Positions 63,153 through 64,000 of a DNA stretch of 64,000 nucleotides are shown one piece after another. The notes under the pieces were generated by a model. The model was not told where the DNA came from. It ran no database searches and saw only the letters and a program-made list of their open reading frames with translations. Position numbers and translations under genes: made by a program. The DNA is from Octopus bimaculoides (taxonomy: Eukaryota), in the NCBI RefSeq assembly GCF_001194135.2, contig NC_068985.1, forward strand, positions 29,578,464 through 29,642,463, written 5' to 3'. Position 1 is the first letter of the stretch; each line of letters opens with the position of its first letter.

Positions 63153-64000
63153 TGAAAAAAAAAAAGGAGGGGAAACGAGCAAACAAGCACTGTCCTTCTT
63201 CTCAAGAAAGGAAGTTAGGGATATAGGGATATAGTCATCAACTTGTCCCATCCCCATAAAACACAAACTCTGTACAAACCAGTGAACCAAAGTCTTGTAT
63301 TTTCTCAGCCTTGTCTCCTTTAATGTGTTTCAAGGTAAGTGGAAAGTCAGGGTTCTGTTGAAATGAATATCATTGAATATGAATATTTGTTTAACCACTC
63401 ATTATCACCAGTATCTGTCATTGGGATTTAAAAAAAGATGTTATTGTTTAGTTGTTTGTGGATAGACAGTACTCTGTTGAGTTTTGCTAAGCCTCCCACA
63501 AGAATATTAAGGGCAGGTGTCCCAGTTTTTATGTTTTTTTTTTTATTTTTGTTTGCCAGATCATGTAGAGTCAATAATTCAGTGACTCTGACTGCTGGAA
63601 ATGGCAGATACATCTCCTTCGAATCAAACCCTACTGTTTTGAAAATTAAAGAAGACATTAGTTAATATAATCTAGAAACAGTTATTGCTCTATGATACCT
63701 AGCAACAAATAAAGAATATAATAGATGCTGATATTGTGAGGAATGTAACATAAATCCATTTTCTTCTTGTTACCCTTAGTTTTCATTTTATCCATAATAT
63801 CATCATTAACACAGAACTGTAACTCCCTGAAACTTCCTGTTTACCATTTGTTGTTGCTTAATCCAAAGTCAGTCATGATAGAGCAGACCTATGATCAATG
63901 ACATTCAGACTGTAATTATCTTATCTTTTTTTTTTTTTTTTAATATATAATATATCCAAAGCTGCATTATACTGGATACATATGTCCTCTTCCCTTTTTA

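Overview
AT-rich, gapped eukaryotic scaffold. The repeat families, (ATG)n/(AAT)n tails and C2H2 zinc-finger gene suggest a cephalopod such as Octopus (inference). The window is dominated by an inverted segmental duplication (arms ~2.7-19.2 kb and ~27.4-45.7 kb, ~8 kb spacer). Each arm carries a thiopurine S-methyltransferase (TPMT)-like gene, so the two copies sit head-to-head. I reconstructed the exons by hand from splice sites. All visible exons are open in both copies, but they differ at 18 of ~183 comparable residues (19 nonsynonymous vs 6 synonymous nt by hand count), concentrated in pocket-forming segments. The window also has a 10-finger C2H2 ZNF gene with a 4-finger periodic recognition code (57.2-58.5 kb) and a THAP-domain ORF inside a TPMT intron. 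Mobile elements include a decayed PHD-bearing CRE-clade retrotransposon in three copies and many SINEs/MITEs. Two minimal type I hammerhead ribozyme motifs were found: one in a tRNA-headed SINE and one in a ~350-bp unit with terminal redundancy. Most ORF-track entries are artefacts of N gaps or microsatellites.
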